Part shown: in pieces, positions 1-10,751 of the stretch
Position numbering within the stretch: the stretch's first letter is position 1
How the letters are laid out: every line of letters begins with the position of its first letter
Source of the DNA: Deinococcus sp.
GTDB taxonomy: Bacteria; Deinococcota; Deinococci; Deinococcales; Deinococcaceae
Assembly: GCA_043727435.1 (NCBI GenBank)
Contig: JAYSYR010000008.1
Span: forward strand, 1 to 61,335
Reading direction: 5' to 3'
Length of the DNA: 61,335 nucleotides
The notes under the pieces: model-generated
The model's database searches: none
What the model was told of the DNA's origin: nothing
The model's input: the letters and a program-made list of their open reading frames with translations, nothing else
Program-made: the position numbers and the translations under genes

Positions 1-96
1 CCGCCAGTCCGTCCATCTCCCGGAACACGTACTTCTTCCTTCTCCCTTTGGTCGGGTTGAACCCGCATTGCTGCGGGATTCAATCGGAATCCGTAT
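1..96. repeat. Deinococcus-type small non-coding intergenic repeat (partial, cut by window edge)
   Basis: CATCTCCCGGAACACGTACTT...AACCCGCA...GCGGGATT...TCGGAATCCGTAT, shared with 40107-40242; internal hairpin. Confidence 0.75.
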
Positions 97-319
97 GAGC
101 CGGGCGTGTTCCTCGCCAGAACGAAGCAGGCAAGTGTCCTTGTGGGCGCTGCACTGTCCAAAAAGATGGACGCCCCTGTGGCGGGGTCAAGGCAGTGGGA
201 ACTGGACTGCTGGACGCATGAACTGCCCATGATCGTTATCAAGTAGAACGAAAATAGCAATTTTCACCGAGTCTCTCCCGGGGCCAGATGCCGGGCAGTT
301 GGCCAGGCCGTTCCCTTTT

Positions 320-3241
320 TCATTTCTGCTCGAAAATCCGCTCCGAATCCAGGTCTTCAGGGGGGCAGGGCCGGGAGAAGAGATAGCCCTGACCCACGTC
401 GCAGCCCAGAGTCAGCAGCATCTCGCGCTGCTCGACCGATTCGATGCCCTCGGCCACCGTGGTGAATCCCAGGCTCTGCGCCAGGCCGATGATCGAACGC
501 ACCACCGGCAGGGTGGTCGAGCCCGGCGCCAGCTTCGAGACGAAGGAGCGGTCAATCTTGAGCACGTTCAGCGGCAGTTGCGGCAGGTAACTCAGGCAGG
601 AATACCCGGTGCCGAAGTCGTCGATGGCGATCGAGACTCCGAGTGCCCGCAGTTCGGCCATACGGGCGGCCGACGCCTCGACGTGCTGCATCACGACACT
701 CTCGGTCAGTTCGAGTTCCAGGGCGTCTGGCGTGAAGCCGCTGCCCTGCAGGGCGCTCGCCACCGTGCTGGTGAAGTCGCCTTGCTCGAACTGCAGGGCC
801 GACACGTTCACCGCCATCCGGAAGGGCGGATGCCCGGCGCGCTGCCACCTCGCTCCCTGGTGGCAGGCTTTCCGCAGCACCCACTCGCCGATCGGAATAA
901 TCAGTCCGGTCTGCTCGGCGATCGGAATGAACTGCAGCGGCGGCACCATTCCCAGCACTGGATGACGCCAGCGCAGCAGGGCTTCCACGCCCAGCCAGCG
1001 CCCGTCTGCCAGGTTCACCTGCGGCTGGTAGTGCACTTCGAGTTCGTTCAGTTCGGTCGCGCGCCGCAGGTGCTGGGCCAGCTGAGCCCGCTCGGCCGCG
1101 CGGCGGTTCATTCCCGGCTCGTAGAAGGTCACGCCCAGCTTTCTGGTCTTGGCCGCGTACATGGCGAGGTCGGCGTGGCGGCGCAGGGTTTCGGCGTCGT
1201 TGCCTCCCCCCGGATATACGCTGACCCCGATCGACGCGCCCACCAGCACCTCGGTCCCGCCGACCATGACCGGTTCGTCGATGGCACTCAGCATCCGTCT
1301 GGTGATCCGTTCGGCGGCCACCTCGTCGGCGTGTGGCAGGATCACGCAGAACTCGTCGCCGCCGATCCGGGCCAGCGTGTCACCGCCCCGGATGCAGCGT
1401 GGCAGCCGGCGGCTGATTTCCTGAATGACCGCGTCGCCGACCAGGTGCCCCAGCATGTCGTTGATGGCTTTGAAGTCGTCGAGGTCGATGACGGCCAGCG
1501 CCACGGGGGTTTGCCCCGCCGCCTGGATGGCCTGTTCGAGCCGAACGTTGAAGAGGCTGCGGTTCGGCAGGCCGCTGAGCGGGTCGTGCTGCGCCTGGAA
1601 GGTCAGCTCTGCCCGGAGCTGGTGGTGTTCGGTCGCCAGCGTCGCCAGGCCACGCACCCGTTCGAGCAGGTGCAGCACCGCCTCGGAGAACGGCCCGGGC
1701 TCGCCCTTGTACACGCCCAGCAGGCCCAGCGCCGTGCCGGCCGCGCTGCTGAGCGGAAAGGAGACGCTGGCCCGCAGACCGTGCAGCAGGGCGAGGTCGC
1801 GGTTGCTGGCCCAGCCCGGGTCGCTCGCGATGTCCTCGCAGTGCAGCGGCCCCACCGGGCCGGCCCCAGGCCCGCCTGCGTCCCGGTGCGGCCCGGCGAT
1901 CACGGCCAGCGGGTCGAAGCCGGCGATATACGCCGGCGGCAAGCTGGGCGCGGCCACGGTGCTCCAGTGCTGACCCTCCCGCAGCAGGACGTAGCAGGTG
2001 GTTCCGCTCAGCTGGCGCTCGACGAGCAACGCCACCTCACGCAGGATCTCGGGCAGCGGCATTGCCTGAACGCTCATCTCCAGAATCCGGCTGGTGCCGG
2101 CCTCCAGCAGTTCGCTGGCCTTGCGGTGGCTGATGTCCTGAAAAGTGGCCGCGATTCCCTCGCCGGACGGGTAGGCGTGGACCTCGAACCAGGTGTCCAG
2201 CGGTGGAAAATAGACCTCGAAATGCTGTTCGCGGCGGTCGCCCATCACCTGCCGGTACTTGTCCTCGATGATGGTGCCCACGGCCTCCGGAAACGCTTCC
2301 CAGACGTCCTGGCTGACCAGTTCTGCCGGCGAGCGTTTCAGCAGCCGGGCCGCCTGCGCGTTCACGTAGGTGAATGTCCAGTCATGGTCCAGCGCGTAGA
2401 AGGCGTCGGTGATGCTCTCCAGAATCTGCACGTATTTCTGTGCCTGCACCCGTTCCCGCTGCTGGGCGCCCAGCAGTTCGGTCATGTCGCGCGAGATGAC
2501 GAGCAGACTCTCGACCGGCCCGCCAGGCTGCCGGATGGGGGAGACCACCACGTCGGTCCACCTCAGTTCGCCCTGACAGGTCTGCAGTTCGATCTGGCAG
2601 CGCGCGACCTGTCCCGCCCTGGCCCGATCGAGGGCGGCCTCGGCGACCCTGGCCTCGGCCGGACCGAGAAAGGAGGTCCACGGCTGACCCTGCAGGGTCG
2701 CCGGGTCGTTCGTGCCCATGACGTCGAGGCCCCGCTGGTTGATCGACTGCAGTCGCCCGTCCAGACCGAGCTGCTTGATGCAGTCGGTGCTGCTGTCCAG
2801 CAGGCTCTGCGCGAAGGCGCGCCGCTGGTCGAGTTCGAGTTCCAGCGGCCGGCGACGACTGTGGTCGGTCACGAGGCACAGCAGGCCGGTGAAGGTCCCG
2901 GCCGGGCCGAACAGCGGCGTGGCCGACACGTCCACCAGCAGGCTGTTGCCTGAAGCGGTCCTGAGCCGGAGGGTCGCGGACTGTTCGCGGCCGCCTTGCA
3001 GCCCTTCCATATGGCGCTGCACCTCGCCGGGCCTCGGGGCGACGATCAGGGGCGCGGCAGAGCGGCCCATGAGTTCTTCCGGGCGCCCATACCCCAGGAG
3101 CCGGGCGAGCTGGGGGTTGACGTATTCGGTCCAGAGGTCAGCCCGGACCACAGCCACGCCTTCGCGCATGGTTTCGATCAGAATCTGGTGATTCGGTTTG
3201 GCCGGAAGCACTTTCAGCTGCTCTGGAAATCCGCTGACCAT
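320..3241 (-). CDS. PAS/PAS/PAS-GAF-GGDEF-EAL diguanylate cyclase/phosphodiesterase
   Basis: PAS motifs (YVNPQ, INQRG, YVNAQ), GAF-like segment, HDPLSGLPNR, RIGGDEF, VEALLRW, IDDFGTGYS; start at ATG 3241 is a guess (ORF opens at 3373). Confidence 0.92.
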   Translation of the reverse strand: MVSGFPEQLKVLPAKPNHQILIETMREGVAVVRADLWTEYVNPQLARLLGYGRPEELMGRSAAPLIVAPRPGEVQRHMEGLQGGREQSATLRLRTASGNSLLVDVSATPLFGPAGTFTGLLCLVTDHSRRRPLELELDQRRAFAQSLLDSSTDCIKQLGLDGRLQSINQRGLDVMGTNDPATLQGQPWTSFLGPAEARVAEAALDRARAGQVARCQIELQTCQGELRWTDVVVSPIRQPGGPVESLLVISRDMTELLGAQQRERVQAQKYVQILESITDAFYALDHDWTFTYVNAQAARLLKRSPAELVSQDVWEAFPEAVGTIIEDKYRQVMGDRREQHFEVYFPPLDTWFEVHAYPSGEGIAATFQDISHRKASELLEAGTSRILEMSVQAMPLPEILREVALLVERQLSGTTCYVLLREGQHWSTVAAPSLPPAYIAGFDPLAVIAGPHRDAGGPGAGPVGPLHCEDIASDPGWASNRDLALLHGLRASVSFPLSSAAGTALGLLGVYKGEPGPFSEAVLHLLERVRGLATLATEHHQLRAELTFQAQHDPLSGLPNRSLFNVRLEQAIQAAGQTPVALAVIDLDDFKAINDMLGHLVGDAVIQEISRRLPRCIRGGDTLARIGGDEFCVILPHADEVAAERITRRMLSAIDEPVMVGGTEVLVGASIGVSVYPGGGNDAETLRRHADLAMYAAKTRKLGVTFYEPGMNRRAAERAQLAQHLRRATELNELEVHYQPQVNLADGRWLGVEALLRWRHPVLGMVPPLQFIPIAEQTGLIIPIGEWVLRKACHQGARWQRAGHPPFRMAVNVSALQFEQGDFTSTVASALQGSGFTPDALELELTESVVMQHVEASAARMAELRALGVSIAIDDFGTGYSCLSYLPQLPLNVLKIDRSFVSKLAPGSTTLPVVRSIIGLAQSLGFTTVAEGIESVEQREMLLTLGCDVGQGYLFSRPCPPEDLDSERIFEQK

Positions 3242-3413
3242 GCAAAAATAGTACCGCCGGCTCCCTTCTCCTGAACTTACCGTGCCGATTCTTGCGGTTT
3301 CTGAAGAGGCTATGAAGGCCAAGTCAGTGGAGCCGCCCCTGCGGCCTGATCTGGAACGCTGAAGGCAAGACACTCCGCGCGGCCCTGGACTTTATGGGCT
3401 GGCGGTCCCGCTC

Positions 3414-4034
3414 TCAATCCGGGGCGAGGTCCTCGTCGGCGTTGTATTCCTGCCAGTCGGCGGGCAGGGTCGCTGAGGGAAAGCCTGGATTCGTCTCGAC
3501 TTTCGTCACGCTCAGGACCGTGCGCCCCCCCGACTTCAGGAGCAGGGGTACACCGTAGCGCGCCGACCAGCAGACCTCGCTGACCTTGGGGAGTGAGGTG
3601 ACCCGCCACCACTCGCACGTCCCGGCCACGGTCTGTTCGCTGCGGCCCACTCGCGCCAGGGTATACGTCCCGCTCGGCCGGTCCAGCAGGTGCTGCACGC
3701 TCCAGCGGTCGGTAAAGACGCCCACCCGGTACAGGTTGACGCGGTGCACGTCGTAGGCCGTTCGGCTGAGCAGGTTGCGCAACTGGTACAGGTCCTCGCC
3801 GTCCTTTGCTGGCGTCAGGTGCAGTTCGGCGCGGTTGCCGGTGCGCCGTATCACCCGGCCGGCCTCGTCGCGCCAGAATTCCAGCGGCTGCGCCCGCCCC
3901 TGGGCGTCCGGATAGGTCGCCAGCAGGTGTAGGGCGGAGCGCACGTCGCCGAAGGTCTGCCCCCAGGAGGGGGCTGGGGCCGCCCCGGCAAACGAGGCGG
4001 CCAGCGCGGCCCCGAGAATCGCGGTTCGTGGCAC
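3414..4034 (-). CDS. Secreted hypothetical protein
   Basis: Signal peptide (MPRTAILGAALAASFAGA); starts 1 nt after the phosphodiesterase stop; two C-terminal Cys. Confidence 0.75.
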   Translation of the reverse strand: MPRTAILGAALAASFAGAAPAPSWGQTFGDVRSALHLLATYPDAQGRAQPLEFWRDEAGRVIRRTGNRAELHLTPAKDGEDLYQLRNLLSRTAYDVHRVNLYRVGVFTDRWSVQHLLDRPSGTYTLARVGRSEQTVAGTCEWWRVTSLPKVSEVCWSARYGVPLLLKSGGRTVLSVTKVETNPGFPSATLPADWQEYNADEDLAPD

Positions 4035-4035
4035 C

Positions 4036-6030
4036 TTACTTGCGCGCCACTGCGGCGCTGTCGAAGTAGGTGTAGGTCTTGCCGTTCTGGGTCAGGTTCT
4101 TGAGCTGCAGGTTCAGGGTGTAGCTGGTGACTTCGGTGTTCACGTCCTTGCCGTCCGGGTCGGTGGGACGGGAAACCGTCAGGCCGGTGGCCGCCGAAGC
4201 CGGCGAGACGGACTGGGGCGTCACCGCGTAGGTCAGGCCGTCGTTGCCAATCAGCGCCTCGTTCAGCACCCGGCCGTCGGCCTGGGGCAGTGCCACGCCG
4301 AAGATCGCCGCGACGGTCGGGGCCACGTCGACGTTGCCGCTGGGCAGGCTGTTCACGAAGCCGCTGCGGAAGTTGGGACCGCTCGCCACCAGGGTGTTGT
4401 GCACGTCGGTCGTGCCAAACGAGCCGTGCATGCCCCGGTTGTTGCCCGCACTCTCATACTCGGTGCCGGGGAAACCCTGCACCACCGCTGTCGGGTTGCT
4501 GGCAAAACTGACCATGATGTCGGGATTGCGCCCGGCGCTGTTCTCCAGGTGAACCCTGCTCATCGGCAGGGTGCCCGGGAGGTTGGTGTAACGGTCATCC
4601 ACGAAGATGGCGCCGTACTCTTCGCGCGACTGCAGGAACTTGACAGCTTTCGCCACCAGGGCGGAATCGTGGGCCGGGTTGTAGAGGTAATCGCTGCCGC
4701 CGTTGGCCGCGATGACGAAGGCGTCGGCGGGCACGGTATCGGGTACCACGTAGCTGGGCGTGGTGTAAACGTACCCTGCGCCCTTCTTGCACAGACTGCC
4801 GTCTGCGTCCGTCTTCGGCGCGTAGACCACGCTGCCGTCGGCCTTGATGCCGCTCATCACCGGGTCGTTGACGCAGCCGTTGCCGTCGTAGGCCTTGAAG
4901 CCCTGGCGGGTCATCAGGTCGGCGGTGCGGACGTCGCCCGAGACCGAGTAGCCGGCCTGGTCTGCCGTCCCTGCCGCGCCACCCGCGATGGCCCGCAGCG
5001 GGAACAGGCCCGCGTCACCGGCCACGTTGCTGTGCCCGTGGTCGCTCACCACGATGATGTTGGTGTCTTGGTCCATGCCGAGCGCCTTGAGCTTGCCCTG
5101 GAGTTGCCCGAGCAGTCCGTCCTGGGTGTGCAGGGCGTCGCGGAAGGCCGCCGTGCCCACGCCGTAGCTGTGCTCGGTGCTGTCGGGGCTGCGCAGCCAG
5201 ATCAGGCTCAGATCGGGCTTGTTGGTCGGCAGGATGTAGTTCAGGTAGGCCGACATCATGTAGGTGTTGGCGTCGGCGTTCAGTTCGGTGGTGCCGGTGG
5301 TGGGATCGCTGGTCACCTTGTCGGTCAGGGTCGCCTTGGACTTGCCGGCGGTCGGGTCGCCGTTGTCGGCGCTCAGGGTCACGCTGCCGTCGGGGTAGTT
5401 GACGGGGGTGAGCTTGGGCAGTCGGATGCCGGCCGCCTGCAGCCCCTTGGCGACGCTGGCGGGTTCGACGTGCCGCTCGTCCAGGATCACGCCGCCCTGT
5501 TTGTAGTCCTGCAGGAAGGCCGGGCCGCTCTTGCCGATGGCGGCAGTTTTGAGCCCTGCTTTCTGGGCCGACCGGAACAGCGTGCCGACCAGCAGCAGCT
5601 GGCCCTGGTAGTAGGCGTCGAGGTCTTTGAGAATGGCGTAGTCTTCGGTAAAGGCAGGCTGCTGAAAGTTGACCGGGTTCCCGCTGGCATCCTTCCGCTG
5701 CGCGTCCGAATTGCCGGCGGCGCCCGGTGCCCACAGAGTATTTCCGTAAAATCCAGTCGTGCCGGGGAAGCTGCCGGTCGCGAAACTGGCGGCGTTCATC
5801 ATGGTGAAGGTCGGGTAGGTGCTGTGGTTATCGGTGAAATTGACCCCGGCCTGACGCAGCGCGTAGAGGTTGGGCGTGTCGGTCTGACTGATGGCGTCGG
5901 GGCGCATGCCGTCCCAGACGAAGATGATGGTGCGGTGCGGCGTCTGTGCCTGAGGTGCAGGCTGGGACTGGGTGCAACCGGCGAGCAGCAGGGCGCCGCT
6001 CAGGGCGCCGAAAGCGAGGGGTTTCTTCAT
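4036..6030 (-). CDS. Alkaline phosphatase superfamily (nucleotide pyrophosphatase/phosphodiesterase) lipoprotein
   Basis: Lipobox LLLAGC; IIFVWDGMRPD, STYPTFTMMN, PDSTEH, VVSDHGHS, GMHGS metal-binding motifs. Confidence 0.88.
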   Translation of the reverse strand: MKKPLAFGALSGALLLAGCTQSQPAPQAQTPHRTIIFVWDGMRPDAISQTDTPNLYALRQAGVNFTDNHSTYPTFTMMNAASFATGSFPGTTGFYGNTLWAPGAAGNSDAQRKDASGNPVNFQQPAFTEDYAILKDLDAYYQGQLLLVGTLFRSAQKAGLKTAAIGKSGPAFLQDYKQGGVILDERHVEPASVAKGLQAAGIRLPKLTPVNYPDGSVTLSADNGDPTAGKSKATLTDKVTSDPTTGTTELNADANTYMMSAYLNYILPTNKPDLSLIWLRSPDSTEHSYGVGTAAFRDALHTQDGLLGQLQGKLKALGMDQDTNIIVVSDHGHSNVAGDAGLFPLRAIAGGAAGTADQAGYSVSGDVRTADLMTRQGFKAYDGNGCVNDPVMSGIKADGSVVYAPKTDADGSLCKKGAGYVYTTPSYVVPDTVPADAFVIAANGGSDYLYNPAHDSALVAKAVKFLQSREEYGAIFVDDRYTNLPGTLPMSRVHLENSAGRNPDIMVSFASNPTAVVQGFPGTEYESAGNNRGMHGSFGTTDVHNTLVASGPNFRSGFVNSLPSGNVDVAPTVAAIFGVALPQADGRVLNEALIGNDGLTYAVTPQSVSPASAATGLTVSRPTDPDGKDVNTEVTSYTLNLQLKNLTQNGKTYTYFDSAAVARK

Positions 6031-6141
6031 GGTGACAGCAGAGCGCCGGCACTTCAGCCTTGTGTCAGGCCCTGATGAATGGATGCGGGGGCATCTTCTC
6101 ACCCCGAATATACCGCAGTGTCACACGGCCGATACGCCATA

Positions 6142-7058
6142 AGACCTCCTGCGGAAGGAGAGCGGTAGGCTGGAGGGGATGAAGTATGAACGAGCCTGGC
6201 AGCTGAATCAGGCACAGTTTCGCCGAAGAACCGGGGTCGATCCGGAGACGTTCGCAGAACTGGAAGTTGTACTGCACGGCCGTGACGCCAATACAGGAAA
6301 GTCAGGACGCCCGCCGGCGCTGCCGGTGGGCGCACAACGCCTGCTGACACTGGAATTCTGGCGGGAGGACCGGACGTACTTTCATCTGGGTCAGGAGTGG
6401 GGTCTGCATGAGACGACGGTGTTGCGAACCGTGGTCCGGGTGGAAGACGCGCTGCTGCAGAGCGGGCGTTTTTTCCCACCGGGGAAGAAAACCTTGATGG
6501 ACGCCGGCACGGTCCTGACCGCTGTCGTGGTGGACGTCAGCGAGGTACCGTGTGAACGCCCCAGAAAAGCGGGGAGGCCCCAGACGAGTGCCGCTCTGCC
6601 CAAAACAACAGAAAGACTGATACAGCGCGAAAAGAAGCGCCACACGCTGAAATTGCAGCTTTTGATCCATCCGGTCACGTATCGGATCCTCTGTGTTGCC
6701 ACGGGCCTTGCGGCAAGGAATGATCTTTGACTCCCACAGGAGTCGAAGACGGCCATCCATCCCGGCACGGAACTCGTCACCGACGCCGGCTATCAGGGCA
6801 TTCAACACCAACATGCGTACACAAGAACTCCAAAGAAGGCAAGCGAGCATCACCCGCTCACCGACACTCAACGGGCCGACAACCGGCGACTCGCCCAGGT
6901 CAGGCTGCCTGTGGAGCATGTCATCCGGCGGCTCAAAATCTTCAGAACTCTGAAGGAAATATATCGCCACCGACGGCGCTGTTTTCACCTTCGGGTGAAT
7001 CTCAGTGCTGCCCTCTGCAACCGCATCCCCATCCAGACCTGACTTTCTCGGGAGGTCC
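6142..7058 (+). mobile_element. IS5-family insertion sequence, degenerate
   Basis: Imperfect terminal IRs AGACCTCCTGCGGAAG / CTTTCTCGGGAGGTCC enclosing a transposase. Confidence 0.8.
6179..7042 (+). pseudogene. IS5-family transposase, frameshifted
   Basis: FRRRTGV, VVVDVSEVPCERP, KKRHTLK in the first frame; stop at 6730; continues in another frame as DAGYQG...VEHVIRRLKIFR to TGA 7042. Confidence 0.85.
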
Positions 7059-7089
7059 GGTACATCTTTGCTTGGTTTTAGATGATGGT

Positions 7090-7650
7090 CGCGCCAAGAG
7101 CTTAGAGCGCGACCATCATGGCTGCCCGGAGTTCCGCGATGGTGTTGTAGCATCGCCGGGGCATCAGAAAGCCCTTCAACACCCGCCAGGTCGTTTCAAT
7201 ACGGTTCAGCATCGGGCAGTATGGCGGGAGATACCGAAGCAACATCCCCTGCGTTGCCCAGACTGGCGCCTGGGCCCGAACCGCCTGACCTTGATGAAAC
7301 GACGCATTGTCCAAGACCACTACGGTCAACCGTGCTTTCCCCAGACGGCGGTGGTCAGCTCCCTCACCTCCAGATGCTCGCCCTGAGCATCCAGGGCCAG
7401 CGTGCCGATCAGGTTGATGCGCCCTTGAGAGCTCCAACGAGTGGGCACTTTAAACTGCCGACTGGAGCCACGTGAGAACCACGACGTGCAGAGAGAGAGC
7501 ATCAGCGACAGGCCCGTTTGGTCAAGGAACTTACGGGTCAGTTTGCCGTCCAGTGCCCCTTTTTTGGTGTCATTATCGACGCCTGGTGTTCGTGCAGGAC
7601 CTCCGGATCAGGAGCCTGACCCGGTGGCGCCAAATCTTCTTCCAGACTGA
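7090..7650 (-). pseudogene. IS630-family transposase remnant
   Basis: Minus-strand pieces PDPEVLHEHQAS, A7G slippery run (7558-7565), FLDQTGLSL...GRINLIGTL, VVLDNASFH, YLPPYCPMLNRIE; frames broken, internal deletions; bounds approximate. Confidence 0.75.
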
Positions 7651-7754
7651 GCACCAAGTGTCTGGCTGGAGGTGTCATCCATCAAATCTCAGCAAGGATG
7701 TACTTAATACTATTTTACCTCTGGAGTATGCTTTCGTCGGTTACGACGCATAAT

Positions 7755-8966
7755 TCATACCAGTTCGGGCTCTCTCGTGGGCAGCGCCGAACGACTGATC
7801 ACCATGTAGCTTGCGGTCAGCAGCAGAAGGACCCCACCCAGAATGAGCATGACCAGTGTCGTGCTCCAGTTCAGTCCCCCGACGACTGCGCCCAGACTTA
7901 GTCCACAAGCTGCCATGCTCATCGAGATGCCCGTGACACGGCCCCGCAGACCGTCGGGAACAAGACGCTGTGTCTGGGTCATGCTCGCCACGTCGATCAG
8001 CCCCACCCCAAACCCCGTCACGGCCGAGGCCACGAACCACGCCGGCAACTGTGGAATCCCGTGGGCCAGCATCCCGAGCGTACAAATTCCGAGACCCAGT
8101 GCGACAGCCCACCGGACACTGAGCGTCCGACTCAGGAGGCCGACCCCCACAATGCCGGTCAGGGCCCCGCTGGAGAACAGGCTTTCCAGCAGCGCGTAGT
8201 CGATGGCGCCCCGGCCCACCTCTTGGGAGAAGAGCGGGGACCTGACGTTGAGGATGTTGAGGGTCAGGTTCAGGATAAAGGTCAGTCCCAGGTTAAACAG
8301 CAGCAGGCGTTGATGGCGCATCAGCTTCCAGCCGTCCTCCAGATCTCGCAGCAGCGACCAGCGGTGAGTCGTGGAGTCGGTCCTGACTGTGACTGGCAAC
8401 ATCGGTGCCAGGAGGGCCATGACGGCGTAGAGCGGGGCAGCAATCAGCACGGTGGGGCCACTTCCCACCCAGTGCACCAGCAGGCCCCCCAGGCCGTACC
8501 CGACCAGCGGTACGCCCTGACTGGCCCCGTTCACCAGACTGTTCCCCTGCGAACGGTGCTGCTCATCCACCAGGCGCGGCACCATGATGTTCGAGGCCGC
8601 GACCGTCAGCGTCACCAGCACCCCGTTGACCAGGGCGAACCCAGCGAAGACGACCACCCGCCGGCCACCGGAGAGGGCGTATCCGCCGACGCTGAGCACC
8701 AGCAAAGTGCGCACCAGCGCCGCGAACACCAGCAGGGGCCGGACCGGGAACCGGTCCGCCAGGGCGCCCAGGAACAGCGCCGCGAAGCGGGGGAGGCTGG
8801 CACACAACACCACCAGGCCCAGCTGGGCGACCCCTCCGCCGTTCGCCAGGACGGCGAACGGTAACCCGACCGAGAGCACCGCGTCGGCCAAAGAAGTGCT
8901 CGACAGACCGAGCAGGTACAGCACGAAGGGGCGTCTGAGCAGCCGAGCAGATGCGGGAACAATCAT
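7755..8966 (-). CDS. MFS transporter (DHA3/macrolide-efflux-like)
   Basis: About 12 hydrophobic segments, GALADRFPVR motif A, PDGLRGRV. Confidence 0.88.
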   Translation of the reverse strand: MIVPASARLLRRPFVLYLLGLSSTSLADAVLSVGLPFAVLANGGGVAQLGLVVLCASLPRFAALFLGALADRFPVRPLLVFAALVRTLLVLSVGGYALSGGRRVVVFAGFALVNGVLVTLTVAASNIMVPRLVDEQHRSQGNSLVNGASQGVPLVGYGLGGLLVHWVGSGPTVLIAAPLYAVMALLAPMLPVTVRTDSTTHRWSLLRDLEDGWKLMRHQRLLLFNLGLTFILNLTLNILNVRSPLFSQEVGRGAIDYALLESLFSSGALTGIVGVGLLSRTLSVRWAVALGLGICTLGMLAHGIPQLPAWFVASAVTGFGVGLIDVASMTQTQRLVPDGLRGRVTGISMSMAACGLSLGAVVGGLNWSTTLVMLILGGVLLLLTASYMVISRSALPTREPELV

Positions 8967-8995
8967 GGATTCAGAATCAGCGCACTCTATTCAAA

Positions 8996-9676
8996 ATGCA
9001 GCAGCTGATTTTGGGTTCGTTCGCAGGGGAGTGGTTCGAGGTGCGTGATTCGGTGCAGGCACGGCTGCTGACGGACCCGGTCGCACGGGGTCTCTTCGCC
9101 CCGTTCATCGGAGCGGAGCGCAGCCTGACCCAGGCGGCTCAGGAGGCCAGCTGTTCGGTGCAGCGGCTGGCGTACCGCGTTCAGCAGTTTCTGGACGCCG
9201 GCCTGCTTCGTGAGACCCGTCAGCAGCGCCGCTCAGGTCGCCCGATCAAATTCTACCGGGCCGTGTCGGACGGCTTTCATGTCCCGTTCGAATACACACC
9301 GTTCGAGGACGTGGAAGATATGATGACCCGGCTCTACCTGCCGTTTGACCGACAGCGCAACCGGGTCATCGCCCGGCGCGCCCGGCAACAGCCGCAGGTC
9401 GGGCGGCGGATCTACCGGGACACCACGAGTGGAGAGCTGAACAACGAATCGGACAACGGAGTGGACGTGCTGCTGCAAACTCAACGAAGCGCTGCCCCCG
9501 GGAACGACGTCACCGTGAGCGTGCGGCTCTCAGACCAGGACGCCCAACGCTTCGCGCAGGAGTTCGAGGATTTCTACCAGCGGTTGGAGTCGGCACGGAG
9601 GCCGGATGGTGAGGGTCAGGCTTATCTGGTGCATTTTGGCTTCCTGCCCCTCACAACTGACGATACAGAGCCATGA
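8996..9676 (+). CDS. Winged-helix (ArsR-like) transcriptional regulator
   Basis: SLTQAAQEASCSVQRLAYRVQQFLDAGLL...GRPIKFYRA; divergent from the MFS gene, starts 29 nt apart. Confidence 0.75.
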   Translation: MQQLILGSFAGEWFEVRDSVQARLLTDPVARGLFAPFIGAERSLTQAAQEASCSVQRLAYRVQQFLDAGLLRETRQQRRSGRPIKFYRAVSDGFHVPFEYTPFEDVEDMMTRLYLPFDRQRNRVIARRARQQPQVGRRIYRDTTSGELNNESDNGVDVLLQTQRSAAPGNDVTVSVRLSDQDAQRFAQEFEDFYQRLESARRPDGEGQAYLVHFGFLPLTTDDTEP

Positions 9677-9710
9677 AGATCCAGAACGATCTGACAAAAT
9701 ACCCGGTTTA

Positions 9711-10699
9711 GAGCATTTGCCATAATGGCGAGATGGCACCCTGGAAGAATGGACGCAGATACAGCTCAGACCTCCGGGAACTCGTGGTGAAGGCGGTTGA
9801 GGAGGGTCAAGCCCCCCAGTTGGTTGCGCAGGCTTACCGAATGACCCTCAACACGGTAAAGCGCTATGTTGCTCAGAACGCGGATGGGACTTTACATCAA
9901 GTGAAGGGATCGGGTGGTCGGCCCCGTATTGTTCGAGAACATCACGAGCTTCAGTTATTGAAGCAGGCGAAAGAGAAGCCTGACGCGACTTTAGATGAAC
10001 ACCGGGTGCTGCTCGAAGAGGTAACGGGGCTGAAGATCAGCTTTAAAACGGTGGACCGGGTCTTCAGACGTCATAAGATCAAGCATAAAAAAAAGTCTCA
10101 TCGCCAGTGAGCGCAGCGAGGAATCGCGAAAGCTATTCCTGAACGAGATTGCCCCACTTCTTTCAGCGATGGAGGGGATTGTCTTTCTCGATGAGAGCGG
10201 CTTTAACACGTCGATGACACGAAGATATGCACGTGCGCACAGCAAGCTTCGAGCGGTCGGAAGTGTGCCGAGGAATCACGGGATCAATTACACGTTGATC
10301 TGTGGACTTCAGCTTTCAGGACCGATGAGCGAATTGATCATTGACGGCTCAATCAACGGCATGGTGTTCGAACACTATGTTCGCGATATTCTCTGTCCTC
10401 AGTTAGTGGAAGGTCAAACCATTGTGATGGATAATCTTTCTTCGCATCATCGAGAGTCAGTCAGGACTCTGATTGAAGAAAAAGACTGTAAATTGCTTTA
10501 TCTTCCTTCGTACAGTCCGGATTTCAATCCGATTGAGATGATGTTTTCGAAAGTGAAGGCGCTTGTTCGAGGACAGGGCAAGCGGACCGTCAAGGAGTTG
10601 ATCCAGGCTGTCTGGGACGCACTTGCCGCTGTTTCGAGAGGTGACATTCTCGGCTGGTTCAGGTGCGCTTACCCTGGTATGGTTTTGTGACAAATGCTC
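9711..10699 (+). mobile_element. IS630-family insertion sequence, apparently intact
   Basis: IRs GAGCATTTGCCATAA / TTGTGACAAATGCTC flanked by TA (9709-9710, 10700-10701); visibly lower GC than flanks. Confidence 0.93.
9733..10690 (+). CDS. IS630 transposase, orfA/orfB joined by a probable -1 frameshift
   Basis: orfA HTH (YSSDLRELVV); A8 run 10087-10094; orfB FLDESGFN, VMDNLSSH, LPSYSPDFNPIE. Confidence 0.88.
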
Positions 10700-10751
10700 T
10701 ATAGTGAAGGAATGCGCATGAGACGTTCTTGTCTGACCGAGAGGATGGGCC

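Noticed and set aside
299-2953. 884-aa plus-strand ORF, and similar long ORFs such as 4399-6075, 16717-18129, 32392-34557, 40098-42386 and 50907-52682
   Set aside because: Antisense shadows of clear genes, expected in high-GC DNA; no motifs of their own
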